A stretch of 58,946 nucleotides of DNA, counting the filler. It is 5 parts of 5 records of this genome, joined end to end, with 100 filler letters (N's around TTAATTAATTAA, not from the genome) between each part and the next. Parts side by side here need not be neighbours in the genome. Positions count along the whole stretch, not along the records: positions 39,210 to 48,428 come from SRR31156797_9833; positions 48,529 to 58,946 come from SRR31156797_9836; 3 more parts are not named here. The stretch is one strand, 5' to 3'. Under the pieces are notes generated by a model, which did not search any database, had not been told where the DNA came from, and was given only the letters and a program-made list of their open reading frames with translations. Shown here one piece after another: positions 47,701-56,640 of the stretch; position 1 is the stretch's first letter; each line of letters opens with the position of its first letter. Made by a program: the position numbers and the translations under genes.

Positions 47701-47986
47701 TTATGACACCTTGAAAAAGGAGAACCTTACCAAGGCTGAGAATCAAAAAGTCAAATTGGCATCGAAACATCTTATTATTCGGCTATTGGATGAACACCCC
47801 AGGGTGCTGGTTCAGGACTGGTGGAAAGACGGACAGACACAGCGGACGGTTAAAAATGCCATTGAAGAAGTTTTAGACAATGATCTGCCCGAAAGCTACG
47901 ATAGAGTTGTATTCAAAGAAAAATGTGAAAAAATTTATAAGCTGGTTGTTGATTTTGCAGTGAATGACAGGAAGTGGGTTGCATAA
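44702..47986 (+). CDS. hsdR: Type I R-M restriction subunit
   Basis: RPDVILYINGLP..ELK nuclease, WHTQGSGKS, DEAHR, FTGTP, MWLTGFD, QTIARANR. Confidence 0.96.
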   Translation: MAKNFILEDDIEQAILQKLNQNYGFELLNCHTSNPESLNDGSNRKDKRDVIFADRLKSAGIRLNPEIPEPVIDDVVDRVMDRRGAMSAIAANRELYGLIRDGVPVEFDDNDGVKQNETVRLIDFDEAQTGAGAVNEYLAVSQLWIRSMGQTPKASFRRPDVILYINGLPMVFMELKNSTVKLRSALDDNLKNYKNDIPQLFHCNAFCILSNAIETRVGSFTAGWEHFFSWLRADNEKEKVDRAKIVKDGTSLEYAVAGLCRPSKLLDYMENFIIFHKETSKIIAQNHQFLGVNNAYERFLNRKDHDGKLGVFWHTQGSGKSFSMIFYARKIFRKVLGNFSFLVVTDRQSLDGQIYRNFLNTDTIKKNDAAQPANASEMREFLGQNKKVVFTLIQKFRYDKGKKYPLLFNPGERELIVMVDEAHRTQYKSLAENMRAGLKGAHFLAFTGTPLLGKSRKTNRWFGDYVSEYNFQQAMEDRATVPLFYEKRVPEVLIQNDDLSEEFYELLEEENLDETQQEKLERKFAKEMEVIKRDDRLDKIAKDIAYHFPRRGYLGKGMVITLDKFTAVKMFDKVQLQWKKEIKHLRGRIKKSTNDIEKAGFKKIIAYMKSVKMAVVISDPKADTEKFEKANLDIQPHIKRLDQLDEHGHDIESNFKDPGHPLQLVFVCAMWLTGFDAQTVSTLYLDKPMKDHTLMQTIARANRVASHQIKGYNGKFIEKKSGDIVDYYNVFRNMKKALKNYGQGEDIDDEPPVREKSELFKLLDDAVAQTVGFCSEHKIDLGAVVSQTDTFKNIGRFTEFADILLSLDVWRKSFYVYENTVSALYEACKPEIFKERSRPLVAVIQYLRGVVDMHVGQADIDSVSQKIADLLDESVVVDNAEQFEVREHQAEYRIVQKGKVWDLSKINFKTLEDEFGKAQYKNIKIAQMRGFIEDKLRKMLEQNHTRTDFAQKFQEIIDKYNAGGSSTENYYDDLMKFAKGMKEEDERHVREGLTQEELELYDTLKKENLTKAENQKVKLASKHLIIRLLDEHPRVLVQDWWKDGQTQRTVKNAIEEVLDNDLPESYDRVVFKEKCEKIYKLVVDFAVNDRKWVA

Positions 47987-48103
47987 TTCAATATAAAAGT
48001 TACGGAAATTATAAAATACTTGACCCCTTGCACCAATCTTTTTTTTCACATAATTTTATATGAAAGAACCATGCAAAGCCCTTAAATTCTTTCATGTTTT
48101 GTT

Positions 48104-48283
48104 GTGCGCAACTGCCTGGAAGGCCAAGCTGCGCATGGCTGTTATTACCAAAAAAATAGAGCAGAACTCGCGGGAACTTCAATTTTTGTAAAACACAATG
48201 GTGAGTCTTTTCTAATAACGGCTGCACATTTACTTAGAGATATAGGGAGTCATTATCAATTTGTATTAAGCAAAAGTGCTTGA
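48104..48283 (+). pseudogene. Fragment of a trypsin-like serine protease
   Basis: Not in the ORF track: ...AGTSIFVKHNGESFLITAAHLLRD...* has the TAAH catalytic-His motif but stops before the Asp and Ser motifs. Confidence 0.45.
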
Positions 48284-48311
48284 ATCGGAATCACTGCCGC
48301 GTAGCGGCTTA

Positions 48312-48369
48312 CTTGAACCCGTTACTGCACTGGACCGCAAGGGGCGGCCCGTGAGCCTTATCGTTCGCG
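48312..48369 (+). mobile_element. Integron attC-like recombination site
   Basis: GAAC-ccgtta-CTGCAC-TGGACCGC-aaggg-GCGGCCC-GTGAG-ccttatc-GTTC: R boxes AAC/GTT, L boxes CTGCAC/GTGAG pairing with one extrahelical base, short central hairpin. Confidence 0.7.
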
Positions 48370-48398
48370 GATGGTAGCGGAAAGGAAACTGAGACAAT

Positions 48399-48428
48399 AT
48401 GCCCGATATGCTCGTCAAGTTGTACGAT
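48399..48428 (+). CDS. Start of a cassette gene, probably a GNAT acetyltransferase (truncated)
   Basis: RBS AAAGGA then MPDMLVKLYD; only 10 codons visible, family recalled from the N-terminus. Confidence 0.4.
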
Positions 48429-48528
48429 NNNNNNNNNNNNNNNNNNNNNNNNNNNNNNNNNNNNNNNNNNNNTTAATTAATTAANNNNNNNNNNNNNNNN
48501 NNNNNNNNNNNNNNNNNNNNNNNNNNNN
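48429..48528. other. Artificial contig-joining spacer
   Basis: 44 N, TTAATTAATTAA, 44 N. Confidence 0.98.
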
Positions 48529-49380
48529 TAAAGGTTGTCTCCATTGATGAGCAATATTATTTAGCATCTCTCCAATTATTGCCATTCTTGTTTGGTGTTT
48601 TAGCAATAAACCTTGCTCATTGTTTTTTTCAATTTGTGATTTTAACTTTGATGATAGTTTTTTTTCTTTTTTATTTAGTTGTTTTAAATCTTCAATATTT
48701 TTTTCTATATTTGTTGCCATAAGATTAAATGATTTTTGAAGTTCATAAGTTTCTTTACTATCTCCTAAGTTTATCCTTTGAGAATAATCACCATGAGCAA
48801 TAGCATATGCACTATGGGTCAATCTAACAAGATTTTTTATTATCCATTTACTTAAAGTTACCAATAATATTGCAGATAACAATAACTCAATTAATGCAAT
48901 CACAATACTTCTTGTTAACATATCCTCTTTTGCTTTTATATAAAACTCTGTTGATAAACCTAAATAAACCATCCCTAATACTTGAGAATCAAGTTTTATA
49001 GGAATTCTAGTATCAAATCGTTTATCTTTTAAAGACTCTTTAGAAAAAGCAAAATCTTCTGTTTCAGGAAGATTTCTGCAATCACTCCAACCAACAGATG
49101 AAACACAATTGTTTTCATTATCAACAACAACCAAATAATCTATAGTTTCAATTGCTTTTGTTTCTGCTAAAATTGCATCAATAGTAGCATAATCCATTTG
49201 TACTATTGGCGCTACAAGTGCACTTTTCAATAATATTTTTTGTTCATCTAGTCTAATATTTGTTTGTGTAGAAAGATTATTTTCTAATTGGTCTACATTT
49301 TTAAAGACCATTAAAGTAAGCATTAAACACTCAATAACTAAACTTGCAATTACCCATTTCCAAGCTAATGAAATCTTCAT
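48529..49380 (-). CDS. HAMP sensor histidine kinase, truncated by the gap
   Basis: Two TM helices, HAMP, H-box NIAHQWRQPL typical of Campylobacterota. Confidence 0.88.
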
Positions 49381-50204
49381 TATTTATATAACCTTTTCAT
49401 AGTTGTATCAACTATCTCTTCCAAATCATTTAAATCTTCTGGTTTTATATCTTTAAAACCTTCAAGTTTTGTAATCTTTAAATGTTCTTTACCTTCTTTT
49501 GAGTTTGCAAATTCTTTTAAAGCTTTTTTCCATTGTTCCAAAGTGATTCCATTTCTATTTTTTGCAAGATAAATCCTACTTGGTTTTGGTTCACTTTGAT
49601 AAATCACATTTACCAAATTTTTTTTCTTTTTATTTATTATAAGTTTTAAATAATTTGGCAAAGACATTATTATCATATCTGCATGATTATTCATAAGTAT
49701 AGCAATTGAACTATCAGTAGCACTTGTATATGTGTATTTTATTTTTTCACCCTCTTTGAAACCTTTTTTACTTAACCAATCTTGTGCGTCAAGAGTTGGA
49801 AATGAAACAGGGTCTAATCCAACAACATGTAAAGGATATTGTTTTTTCTTCAAGATATCTTTTTCTTTTGATAATAATATTGTTGATAAACCTTTTTTAT
49901 ATGTCATCAAAGGTGTATAAGAACCAAGTCTTTGAGCTAAAACTGCAAGATTAGGTGAAGTTAACACTAAATCATAATATGTACCCTCATCTGTTCTTTT
50001 TGTAAACTCACTAAAATTTTTTGCTGTTGTAATCTGTACAGGTCTTTCAAAATAGTTTTCTAAAAAAACCCTTAGGTCTTTATGAGATTTTAAAATAACT
50101 CTTGTTGAAGAATGTGGTGCAATACCAACTACAATTGGATTAACCTGTGCAAATAAAATTTTTATTGTGAAAAAAACTGTAATAATAATCAACCCTATTC
50201 TCAT
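49380..50204 (-). CDS. PhnD/SsuA-type periplasmic substrate-binding protein
   Basis: Signal peptide, GIAPH, LENYFERPV, DPVS; translationally coupled to the kinase. Confidence 0.75.
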   Translation of the reverse strand: MRIGLIIITVFFTIKILFAQVNPIVVGIAPHSSTRVILKSHKDLRVFLENYFERPVQITTAKNFSEFTKRTDEGTYYDLVLTSPNLAVLAQRLGSYTPLMTYKKGLSTILLSKEKDILKKKQYPLHVVGLDPVSFPTLDAQDWLSKKGFKEGEKIKYTYTSATDSSIAILMNNHADMIIMSLPNYLKLIINKKKKNLVNVIYQSEPKPSRIYLAKNRNGITLEQWKKALKEFANSKEGKEHLKITKLEGFKDIKPEDLNDLEEIVDTTMKRLYK

Positions 50205-50567
50205 ATTTACACCTTACTTAAAAATTGAAATTAATTATAACATTAACAATATAATTGTTAATTAATAATCCCTTTGTTAATAATTTTTTTCTAAAAAAAT
50301 TGAAATATTGAAAAAAAATGCAAAAAATGGATTAATTTATATAAAATTTTTGTAAATTATTTAAGTTATTAAAAGAGAATTAAAAAAAATTACACAAAAA
50401 CTCCACATTGGTTTTTCAAGAAAAAATATATAATTTTTTCTTATCTTAGAATAGACAATAAGCCTATAAAATGGTAGTTTAATACACAAATGAACTATTA
50501 TTACTTTTATAATTAAATAACATATACAAATCATTTTCTCAAAAAAAACTGAGTAATCATTCAATTA

Positions 50568-50609
50568 TTGACTTATGTCAAGAAATTAAAATTAAAATTA
50601 ATTTATAAT
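50568..50609 (+). promoter_or_regulatory. Crp/Fnr-family (NssR-type) box and -10 of nrfH
   Basis: Perfect TTGAC-TTAT-GTCAA (50568-50581) and TATAAT (50604-50609); geometry fits a class II site near -41.5. Confidence 0.8.
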
Positions 50610-50634
50610 TCTAATGCAATTTAAAGGATTAAGA

Positions 50635-51171
50635 ATGGAAAGAAATAAAATTGTAGTTTATGGATCAATTTTAAGCTTTCTTATTGCTGTTGGTCTATTT
50701 GCTTATACAGTGCATGCATCAAAAATGTTGTCATACCTGTCAAGTGACCCTAAAGCCTGTATCAATTGTCACACAATGAATTCAGCATATGCAACATGGT
50801 CAAAAAGTTCTCATAAAAATGTTGCTACATGTATTGATTGTCATTTACCAGTTGGTGATGTCGTTGCTAAGTATAAATCTAAAGCAATCGATGGCTGGAA
50901 TCACTCGGTAGCATTTACAATGAATACTTATGAAAATAATATTGACATAAGTGAAGATGGTGCAAACAGAGTACAAGCAAACTGTATTAGATGTCATGGA
51001 GATTTAACATCTCAAATGGGAATTAATGCAGCTAAGTATCACGGTAATCAAGAAGACAGTTTAAATACTGATCGTAAGTGTTGGTCGTGCCATAAGTTTA
51101 CTCCTCATGGCAAAGTTAGAAGTTTAACATCTACTCCTTATAGTATTGGTGTTAAAGAAAGAATGAAATAA
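50635..51171 (+). CDS. nrfH: Tetraheme cytochrome c quinol dehydrogenase
   Basis: TM anchor plus CINCH, CIDCH, CIRCH, CWSCH; RBS AAAGGA before ATG 50635. Confidence 0.95.
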   Translation: MERNKIVVYGSILSFLIAVGLFAYTVHASKMLSYLSSDPKACINCHTMNSAYATWSKSSHKNVATCIDCHLPVGDVVAKYKSKAIDGWNHSVAFTMNTYENNIDISEDGANRVQANCIRCHGDLTSQMGINAAKYHGNQEDSLNTDRKCWSCHKFTPHGKVRSLTSTPYSIGVKERMK

Positions 51172-51187
51172 GAAGGGGAAGAGAAAG

Positions 51188-52678
51188 ATGAAAAAATTTA
51201 AAGTCTTACTTGCAAGTTCATTGATAGCAATCGGTTGTTTAACTGCTTTAATTGCTTCAATCAATGAGAAAAAAGAGGAACAAGCAATTATAAATTCAGT
51301 TCCTAAAATTGATAGATGGGAAACTAAAAACGAAGAGTTTAAAAAGTTTTATCCAAGACAATATGACTCATGGAAAAAAACTAAAGAAAGTGATGATATT
51401 GAAGATTTAGTAGCAAAATATCCAGAATTAGCTGTATTATGGGCTGGATATGGTTTTTCTAAAGATTATAATGCTCCAAGAGGTCACTTCTATGCTATCG
51501 AAGATAATAGAAATACATTAAGAACAGGTGCTCCTGTTGATTCTAAAACTGGTCCTATGCCAACTGCATGTTGGACATGTAAATCACCAGATGTACCAAG
51601 ACTTATGAATGAGCAAGGTGATTTAGAATACTTCACTGGAAAATGGGCAAAATATGGTTCAGATATTATCAATCCTATTGGTTGTGTTGATTGTCATAAT
51701 CCTGAAACTATGGAGCTTCAAGTTAATAGAAAATACTTAGATACTGCACTTAAATCAAATGGTGAAACACCTTTAGCTGATGCTACGCACCAAGAGATGA
51801 GAACTATGGTTTGTGCACAATGTCACGTTGAGTATTATTTCAAAAAAACTCCAAATGGAAAAGGTGGATTTGCAAAAGTTGTTACTTTACCATGGGGAGA
51901 AGGAACTTCTGTTGATGCAATGGAAAAATATTATGATAATATAAACTTTAAAGATTGGACTCATAAAATCTCTAAAACTCCAATGTTAAAAGCACAACAC
52001 CCAGGTTATGAAATGTGGAAAACAGGTGCACACGGTAAAAACAATGTTTCTTGTGCAGATTGTCATATGCCATACAAAAGAGAAGGTGGAGTTAAATATA
52101 CAGACCATAACATAGGAAATCCATTAGAAAATATGGAAAATACTTGTATGACTTGTCATAGAGTTTCTGAAGAATCATTAATTAAAACAATTAGTGAGAA
52201 AAAACAAAGAAAAAATGAATTACATGAAAAATCTATGAAACAGCTTGCAGCTGCTCACTTAGAAGCTGGTAAAGCTTGGGAACTAGGTGCAACTGAAGAA
52301 GAGATGGCTCCTGTATTAAAAGATATCAGACATGCACAATGGAGATGGGACTATGCAGTAGCATCACACCCAGCATTCTTCCATGCACCTGAAGAGACTT
52401 TAAGAGTTTTAGCAACTGCTTTAGAAAAAGCTGGGAATGCAAGAATCAAATTAGCTAAAATCTTAGCTAAATATGGTGCTGCAGATTATAAAGCTCCTGC
52501 TTTAGAATCAAAAGAGCAAGCTCAAGCACTTGTTGGATTACCATTTAAAAAACTTGTTGATGAGAAAAACAAATTCAAAAGTGGTCTTCTAATCGAATGG
52601 AAAAAAGAAGCAGAACAAAAAGGTATCTACAATCCTAAATCAACTGAGGGAATTGAAGATAAAACTTCTTATAACTAG
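51188..52678 (+). CDS. nrfA: Pentaheme ammonia-forming cytochrome c nitrite reductase
   Basis: CWTCK active-site heme plus four CxxCH, KAQHP, RHAQWRWD. Confidence 0.98.
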   Translation: MKKFKVLLASSLIAIGCLTALIASINEKKEEQAIINSVPKIDRWETKNEEFKKFYPRQYDSWKKTKESDDIEDLVAKYPELAVLWAGYGFSKDYNAPRGHFYAIEDNRNTLRTGAPVDSKTGPMPTACWTCKSPDVPRLMNEQGDLEYFTGKWAKYGSDIINPIGCVDCHNPETMELQVNRKYLDTALKSNGETPLADATHQEMRTMVCAQCHVEYYFKKTPNGKGGFAKVVTLPWGEGTSVDAMEKYYDNINFKDWTHKISKTPMLKAQHPGYEMWKTGAHGKNNVSCADCHMPYKREGGVKYTDHNIGNPLENMENTCMTCHRVSEESLIKTISEKKQRKNELHEKSMKQLAAAHLEAGKAWELGATEEEMAPVLKDIRHAQWRWDYAVASHPAFFHAPEETLRVLATALEKAGNARIKLAKILAKYGAADYKAPALESKEQAQALVGLPFKKLVDEKNKFKSGLLIEWKKEAEQKGIYNPKSTEGIEDKTSYN

Positions 52679-52696
52679 ACTTTAAATTACAAATCA

Positions 52697-52724
52697 AAGA
52701 AAAGAGGTATAATCCTCTTTTCTT
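52697..52724 (+). terminator. Hairpin terminator after nrfA
   Basis: AAGAAAAGAGG-TATAAT-CCTCTTTTCTT. Confidence 0.7.
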
Positions 52725-52727
52725 ATC

Positions 52728-52794
52728 TACAATTAATAAATAACACCTTAAGTCATACTCTCCTACTAATTGATGGTGTTATTTATTAATTGTA
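52728..52794. repeat. Perfect 20-bp inverted repeat with a CU-rich loop
   Basis: TACAATTAATAAATAACACC / GGTGTTATTTATTAATTGTA around a 27-nt loop containing TACTCTCCTAC. Confidence 0.8.
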
Positions 52795-52810
52795 TAAATG
52801 TAGGTGTAAA

Positions 52811-55800
52811 ATGAAAAAACTATTAAAAAATATCTTATCAATTGAAATGGCAACAGTTTTAATGCTTCTATTTGCTTTTTCATGTGCATTAGCTACTTTT
52901 GTAGAAAATGATTATGGAACACTTGCAGCAAGATCATTTGTATATAATAAAACTTGGTTTGAAGTTATTATGCTTATTCTTGTTTTATCTTCTGTAGCAA
53001 ATATCTTTTGGTTTAAAATGTATAAAATCAAAAAGTTTTTTATTTTCTTTATCCATATCTCATTTGCTTTTATTTTGATAGGTTCAGCTCTTACTAGATA
53101 CTTAGGTTATGAAGGATTGATGACTATTCCTGAATCAACAATTCAAAATAAAATGTTATCAAATGATGAGTATATTCAAGCAGTTTTATTTGATAAAGAT
53201 AATAAAGAGATTCTAAAAAAAGATACAAAAGTTTTAATGACACAACTTTCTCAAACAGATTTCAATCTTAAAATCAACGAAGATTTAAATCTATCTTTTG
53301 AAAAATTTGTTCCTAATGCCGCTGAAAAAATAGTTTCAGTTACAGATGGAAAACCTATGGTAAATCTTATCATTACAGACCTAAGTGGTGCAAGAAGTAT
53401 AGATTTACAAAACTATAAAATCTACTCAGACAAATATGCAAACTTTTCATTAAATGAAAAAATAAATGATAACTCAAAACCAAAAATCAACTTTTTTACA
53501 AAAGACAATATTGTATATATAAAAGCTAATGTTTCTATTTCTTATAACTTTATGAATGAATCAAGACAAGGTAATATCAAAGCCAATGAAATTCTTCCTT
53601 TAAGGGATGATGTAATCTATATGGTTGCTCAAACAAGATTTATTACTCCAGATTTTTCTGCATCAGGAAAAGTAGAAGTTGTAAGTGTTGATAAAACAAA
53701 TATGGAAAAAGACAAACAACTAAATGCTGTTATTGCAAAACTATCATATAAAGGAAAGAATAGTGAAATTTCTCTTTTTGGTAAAGGTGGAGCAAATCAA
53801 GGATATGAAAAAACAATAAAACTTGATGACAAAACATTAAAACTATCTTGGGGAGCAAAAATTATTGAGCTACCATTTTCAATCTACCTAAATGACTTTA
53901 AACTAGAAAGATATCCAGGTTCAAAATCACCTTCGACCTACTCTAGTGATGTAAAAGTTTATGATACAAAAAATGACAAAACATTTGAACAAACAATCTC
54001 TATGAATAATACATTAAACTACCAAGGATATAAGTTTTTCCAAAGCTCATACACTATGAATGAATCAGCAACTATACTTTCAGTAAACAAAGACCCAGGT
54101 GTAGTTCCAACATATATTGGATATTTTCTACTTTTTACAGGGTTGATATTAAGTTTATTTATGAAAAATGGAAGATTTCAAAAACTTGCTAGAACAAAAT
54201 ATGAGTTAAAAAACATTGCAACTGCCCTACTTTTATCTTTTATATTTCTATTTAACTCAAATCTAAATGCTCAAGATTCTACACTTGAACTTATAAAAAA
54301 TATAGATAAAGAACATTCTTCAAAACTTGGAGCAGTTTTAATACAAGATTATCAAGGAAGAATAAAACCCATAAACTCTTTAGCCATTGAGATTATGAAT
54401 AAAGTTCTAAGAACTGATAGTTTATATGGTTTAGATGCAAACCAATTATTTATAAGTATGATGATAAACCCTAGACAATGGCAAACTCTACCAATAATAA
54501 AAGTTAAAAATGAACAAATAAAAAAAGTGTTAGAAATAAATCCTAATGAAAAATATTTTAAATTTGATGATGTTTATGGGAATTTTGGAAGATATAAATT
54601 CGAAAAAGATTTAGAAGTAATCAATAAGAAAAAACCATCTCAAAGAACAACTTACGATAAAGAGGTTCTAAAACTAGATGAAAGACTAAATATAATCTAT
54701 AATCTTTTTTCAGGTGCTTTTTTAAAGCTGTTTCCTAAAATCGATGATAAAAACAACAAATGGCTAGACCCTACTTTAGCAATATCAGTTATAAAAGATG
54801 GAGTTGGTGCTTTAAACGAAAAAGAAGCAACAGACATTGCAACAATGATGGACAACTATTTTATTGCACTAAAAAATGCAAATGAAAATAAAGACTCTTG
54901 GCAAAAAGCTGACTTGGCATTAAATGAGATTATTGTTTATCAAGCAAAATATGCAAGTGATATTTTCCCTAGTCAATGGAAAATCAAAGCAGAACTAATC
55001 TTCAATAAATACAATATTTTCAAAAGATTGATGCCTATTTATTTAATCTTAGGATTTATACTATTAATACTTGTTTTTGTAAAAATATTCAAGCCAACAC
55101 TAAAGTTAGAAAAAGTATCAAAAGTATTTTTAACTGTATTTGTTGTAAGTTTTATTTTCCATACATTAGGTCTTGCTCTTAGATGGTATGTATCAGGTCA
55201 CGCACCTTGGTCAAACGGTTATGAATCAATGATTTATATTGCATGGGCAATTGTTTTATCAGGAATACTATTTTCAAGACAATCAATATTAGCCTTAGCT
55301 ACAACATCTCTTTTAAGTGGAATTACGCTTTTTGTGGCTCACTTGTCTTGGTTAGAACCACAAATCACAACACTAACACCTGTTTTAAAATCTTATTGGT
55401 TAACTATTCATGTTAGTGTTATTACTGCAAGTTATGGTTTTCTAGGACTTAGTGCTATTTTAGGATTTTTAACTCTTGTATTTTTTATATTTGCAAATAA
55501 AAATAAAGATAACCTACAACAAGAATCAATAAAAATATCTATAAAAGAAGCAAGAAGAATAAATGAAATGTCAATGATAATAGGTTTAGTTCTTCTTGTA
55601 ATTGGTAATTTTCTTGGTGGCATTTGGGCAAATGAATCTTGGGGAAGATATTGGGGCTGGGATCCAAAAGAGACTTGGACTTTAGTTTCAATACTAATTT
55701 ATGCAGTTATTTTACACTTGCATTATATTAAAGGTTTAGCTACAAACTTTATTTTCTCATCACTATCATTAGTGTCTTATACATCAATTGTAATGACATA

Positions 55801-55942
55801 CTTTGGAGTAAATTATTATCTGACAGGTTTACACTCATATGCAGCAGGAGACCCTATTCCTATCCCTACTTTTGTACCAGTTACTTTGATAATAATAGTT
55901 TGTACAATTACACTGGCTTTTAGAAATAGGAAAATAGTTTAA
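52811..55942 (+). CDS. nrfI: System II cytochrome c synthase CcsBA fusion (NrfI-type)
   Basis: ResB-like N-terminus, GHAPWSNGYES, WLTIHV, WWD domain WANESWGRYWGWDPKETW, GLHSYA; follows nrfA. Confidence 0.9.
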   Translation: MKKLLKNILSIEMATVLMLLFAFSCALATFVENDYGTLAARSFVYNKTWFEVIMLILVLSSVANIFWFKMYKIKKFFIFFIHISFAFILIGSALTRYLGYEGLMTIPESTIQNKMLSNDEYIQAVLFDKDNKEILKKDTKVLMTQLSQTDFNLKINEDLNLSFEKFVPNAAEKIVSVTDGKPMVNLIITDLSGARSIDLQNYKIYSDKYANFSLNEKINDNSKPKINFFTKDNIVYIKANVSISYNFMNESRQGNIKANEILPLRDDVIYMVAQTRFITPDFSASGKVEVVSVDKTNMEKDKQLNAVIAKLSYKGKNSEISLFGKGGANQGYEKTIKLDDKTLKLSWGAKIIELPFSIYLNDFKLERYPGSKSPSTYSSDVKVYDTKNDKTFEQTISMNNTLNYQGYKFFQSSYTMNESATILSVNKDPGVVPTYIGYFLLFTGLILSLFMKNGRFQKLARTKYELKNIATALLLSFIFLFNSNLNAQDSTLELIKNIDKEHSSKLGAVLIQDYQGRIKPINSLAIEIMNKVLRTDSLYGLDANQLFISMMINPRQWQTLPIIKVKNEQIKKVLEINPNEKYFKFDDVYGNFGRYKFEKDLEVINKKKPSQRTTYDKEVLKLDERLNIIYNLFSGAFLKLFPKIDDKNNKWLDPTLAISVIKDGVGALNEKEATDIATMMDNYFIALKNANENKDSWQKADLALNEIIVYQAKYASDIFPSQWKIKAELIFNKYNIFKRLMPIYLILGFILLILVFVKIFKPTLKLEKVSKVFLTVFVVSFIFHTLGLALRWYVSGHAPWSNGYESMIYIAWAIVLSGILFSRQSILALATTSLLSGITLFVAHLSWLEPQITTLTPVLKSYWLTIHVSVITASYGFLGLSAILGFLTLVFFIFANKNKDNLQQESIKISIKEARRINEMSMIIGLVLLVIGNFLGGIWANESWGRYWGWDPKETWTLVSILIYAVILHLHYIKGLATNFIFSSLSLVSYTSIVMTYFGVNYYLTGLHSYAAGDPIPIPTFVPVTLIIIVCTITLAFRNRKIV

Positions 55943-55950
55943 TATTGATT

Positions 55951-56640
55951 TTAATTTTTTAAAATATATCCAAACTTTGGGATATTTTGAATATCTAATT
56001 CGGGAAGTTTTTTCTTCAGTTTTGAGACTACATCTCTAATTGTTGAAGATGAAACTTGAGTGTTGTCCCAAACTTTATCTATGAGTATTTCATAAGAAAC
56101 ATTTTCATTCTTCTTTAATATTAGTTGTTCTAAAAGTACTCTTTCTCTATTTGTTAAGTTAATAAGTTTTTCATCTTTTTTTAATGTTTTTGTTTTTTTA
56201 TAATATTTATAGTTTTCTATACTAATTACATTTTCATCAACTATTTCTATTATATTATTATCCTTCAAAAACCTCAAAGCAACAGTAATAGTAGAGAAAA
56301 CCTCTTCATAAGTAAAGGGTTTGATAATATACCCAAAAACATTTGTTTCCTGAATATCACTTATTGTCTCATCATCTGCATATGCAGTTGTGTATATGAT
56401 TGGTATATTTTTTTTATCATTTACAATTTTTGCACATGATATACCATCTACAGCACCTGTTATATTTATATCCATAAAAATTAATTTTATATTATATTTG
56501 CTAACCAAATCTACGGCTTCATCGGAACTAATTGCAACAAAAATTTTAACAAATCCCATTTTCTTTAATATACTTTTTAAATAATTTTGAGCAATAAATT
56601 CATCTTCCACTATTAAAATATCAAAATTAGTTTTATTCAT
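55951..56640 (-). CDS. Response regulator, REC plus OmpR-type winged helix
   Basis: ILIVEDE, FMDINI, GYIIKP, LTNRE...IPKFGYIL. Confidence 0.9.
   Translation of the reverse strand: MNKTNFDILIVEDEFIAQNYLKSILKKMGFVKIFVAISSDEAVDLVSKYNIKLIFMDINITGAVDGISCAKIVNDKKNIPIIYTTAYADDETISDIQETNVFGYIIKPFTYEEVFSTITVALRFLKDNNIIEIVDENVISIENYKYYKKTKTLKKDEKLINLTNRERVLLEQLILKKNENVSYEILIDKVWDNTQVSSSTIRDVVSKLKKKLPELDIQNIPKFGYILKN

Noticed and set aside
48009-48227. 72-aa minus-strand ORF after hsdR
   Set aside because: No motif; the plus strand carries the more convincing protease-like fragment.
13078-48528. Four identical TTAATTAATTAA motifs within N runs
   Set aside because: Artificial six-frame-stop linkers. 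Gene neighbourhoods across them are meaningless, and the contigs differ in composition and apparent phylum.
50361-50564. 67-aa ORF in the nrfH promoter region
   Set aside because: Low-complexity AT-rich intergenic sequence.
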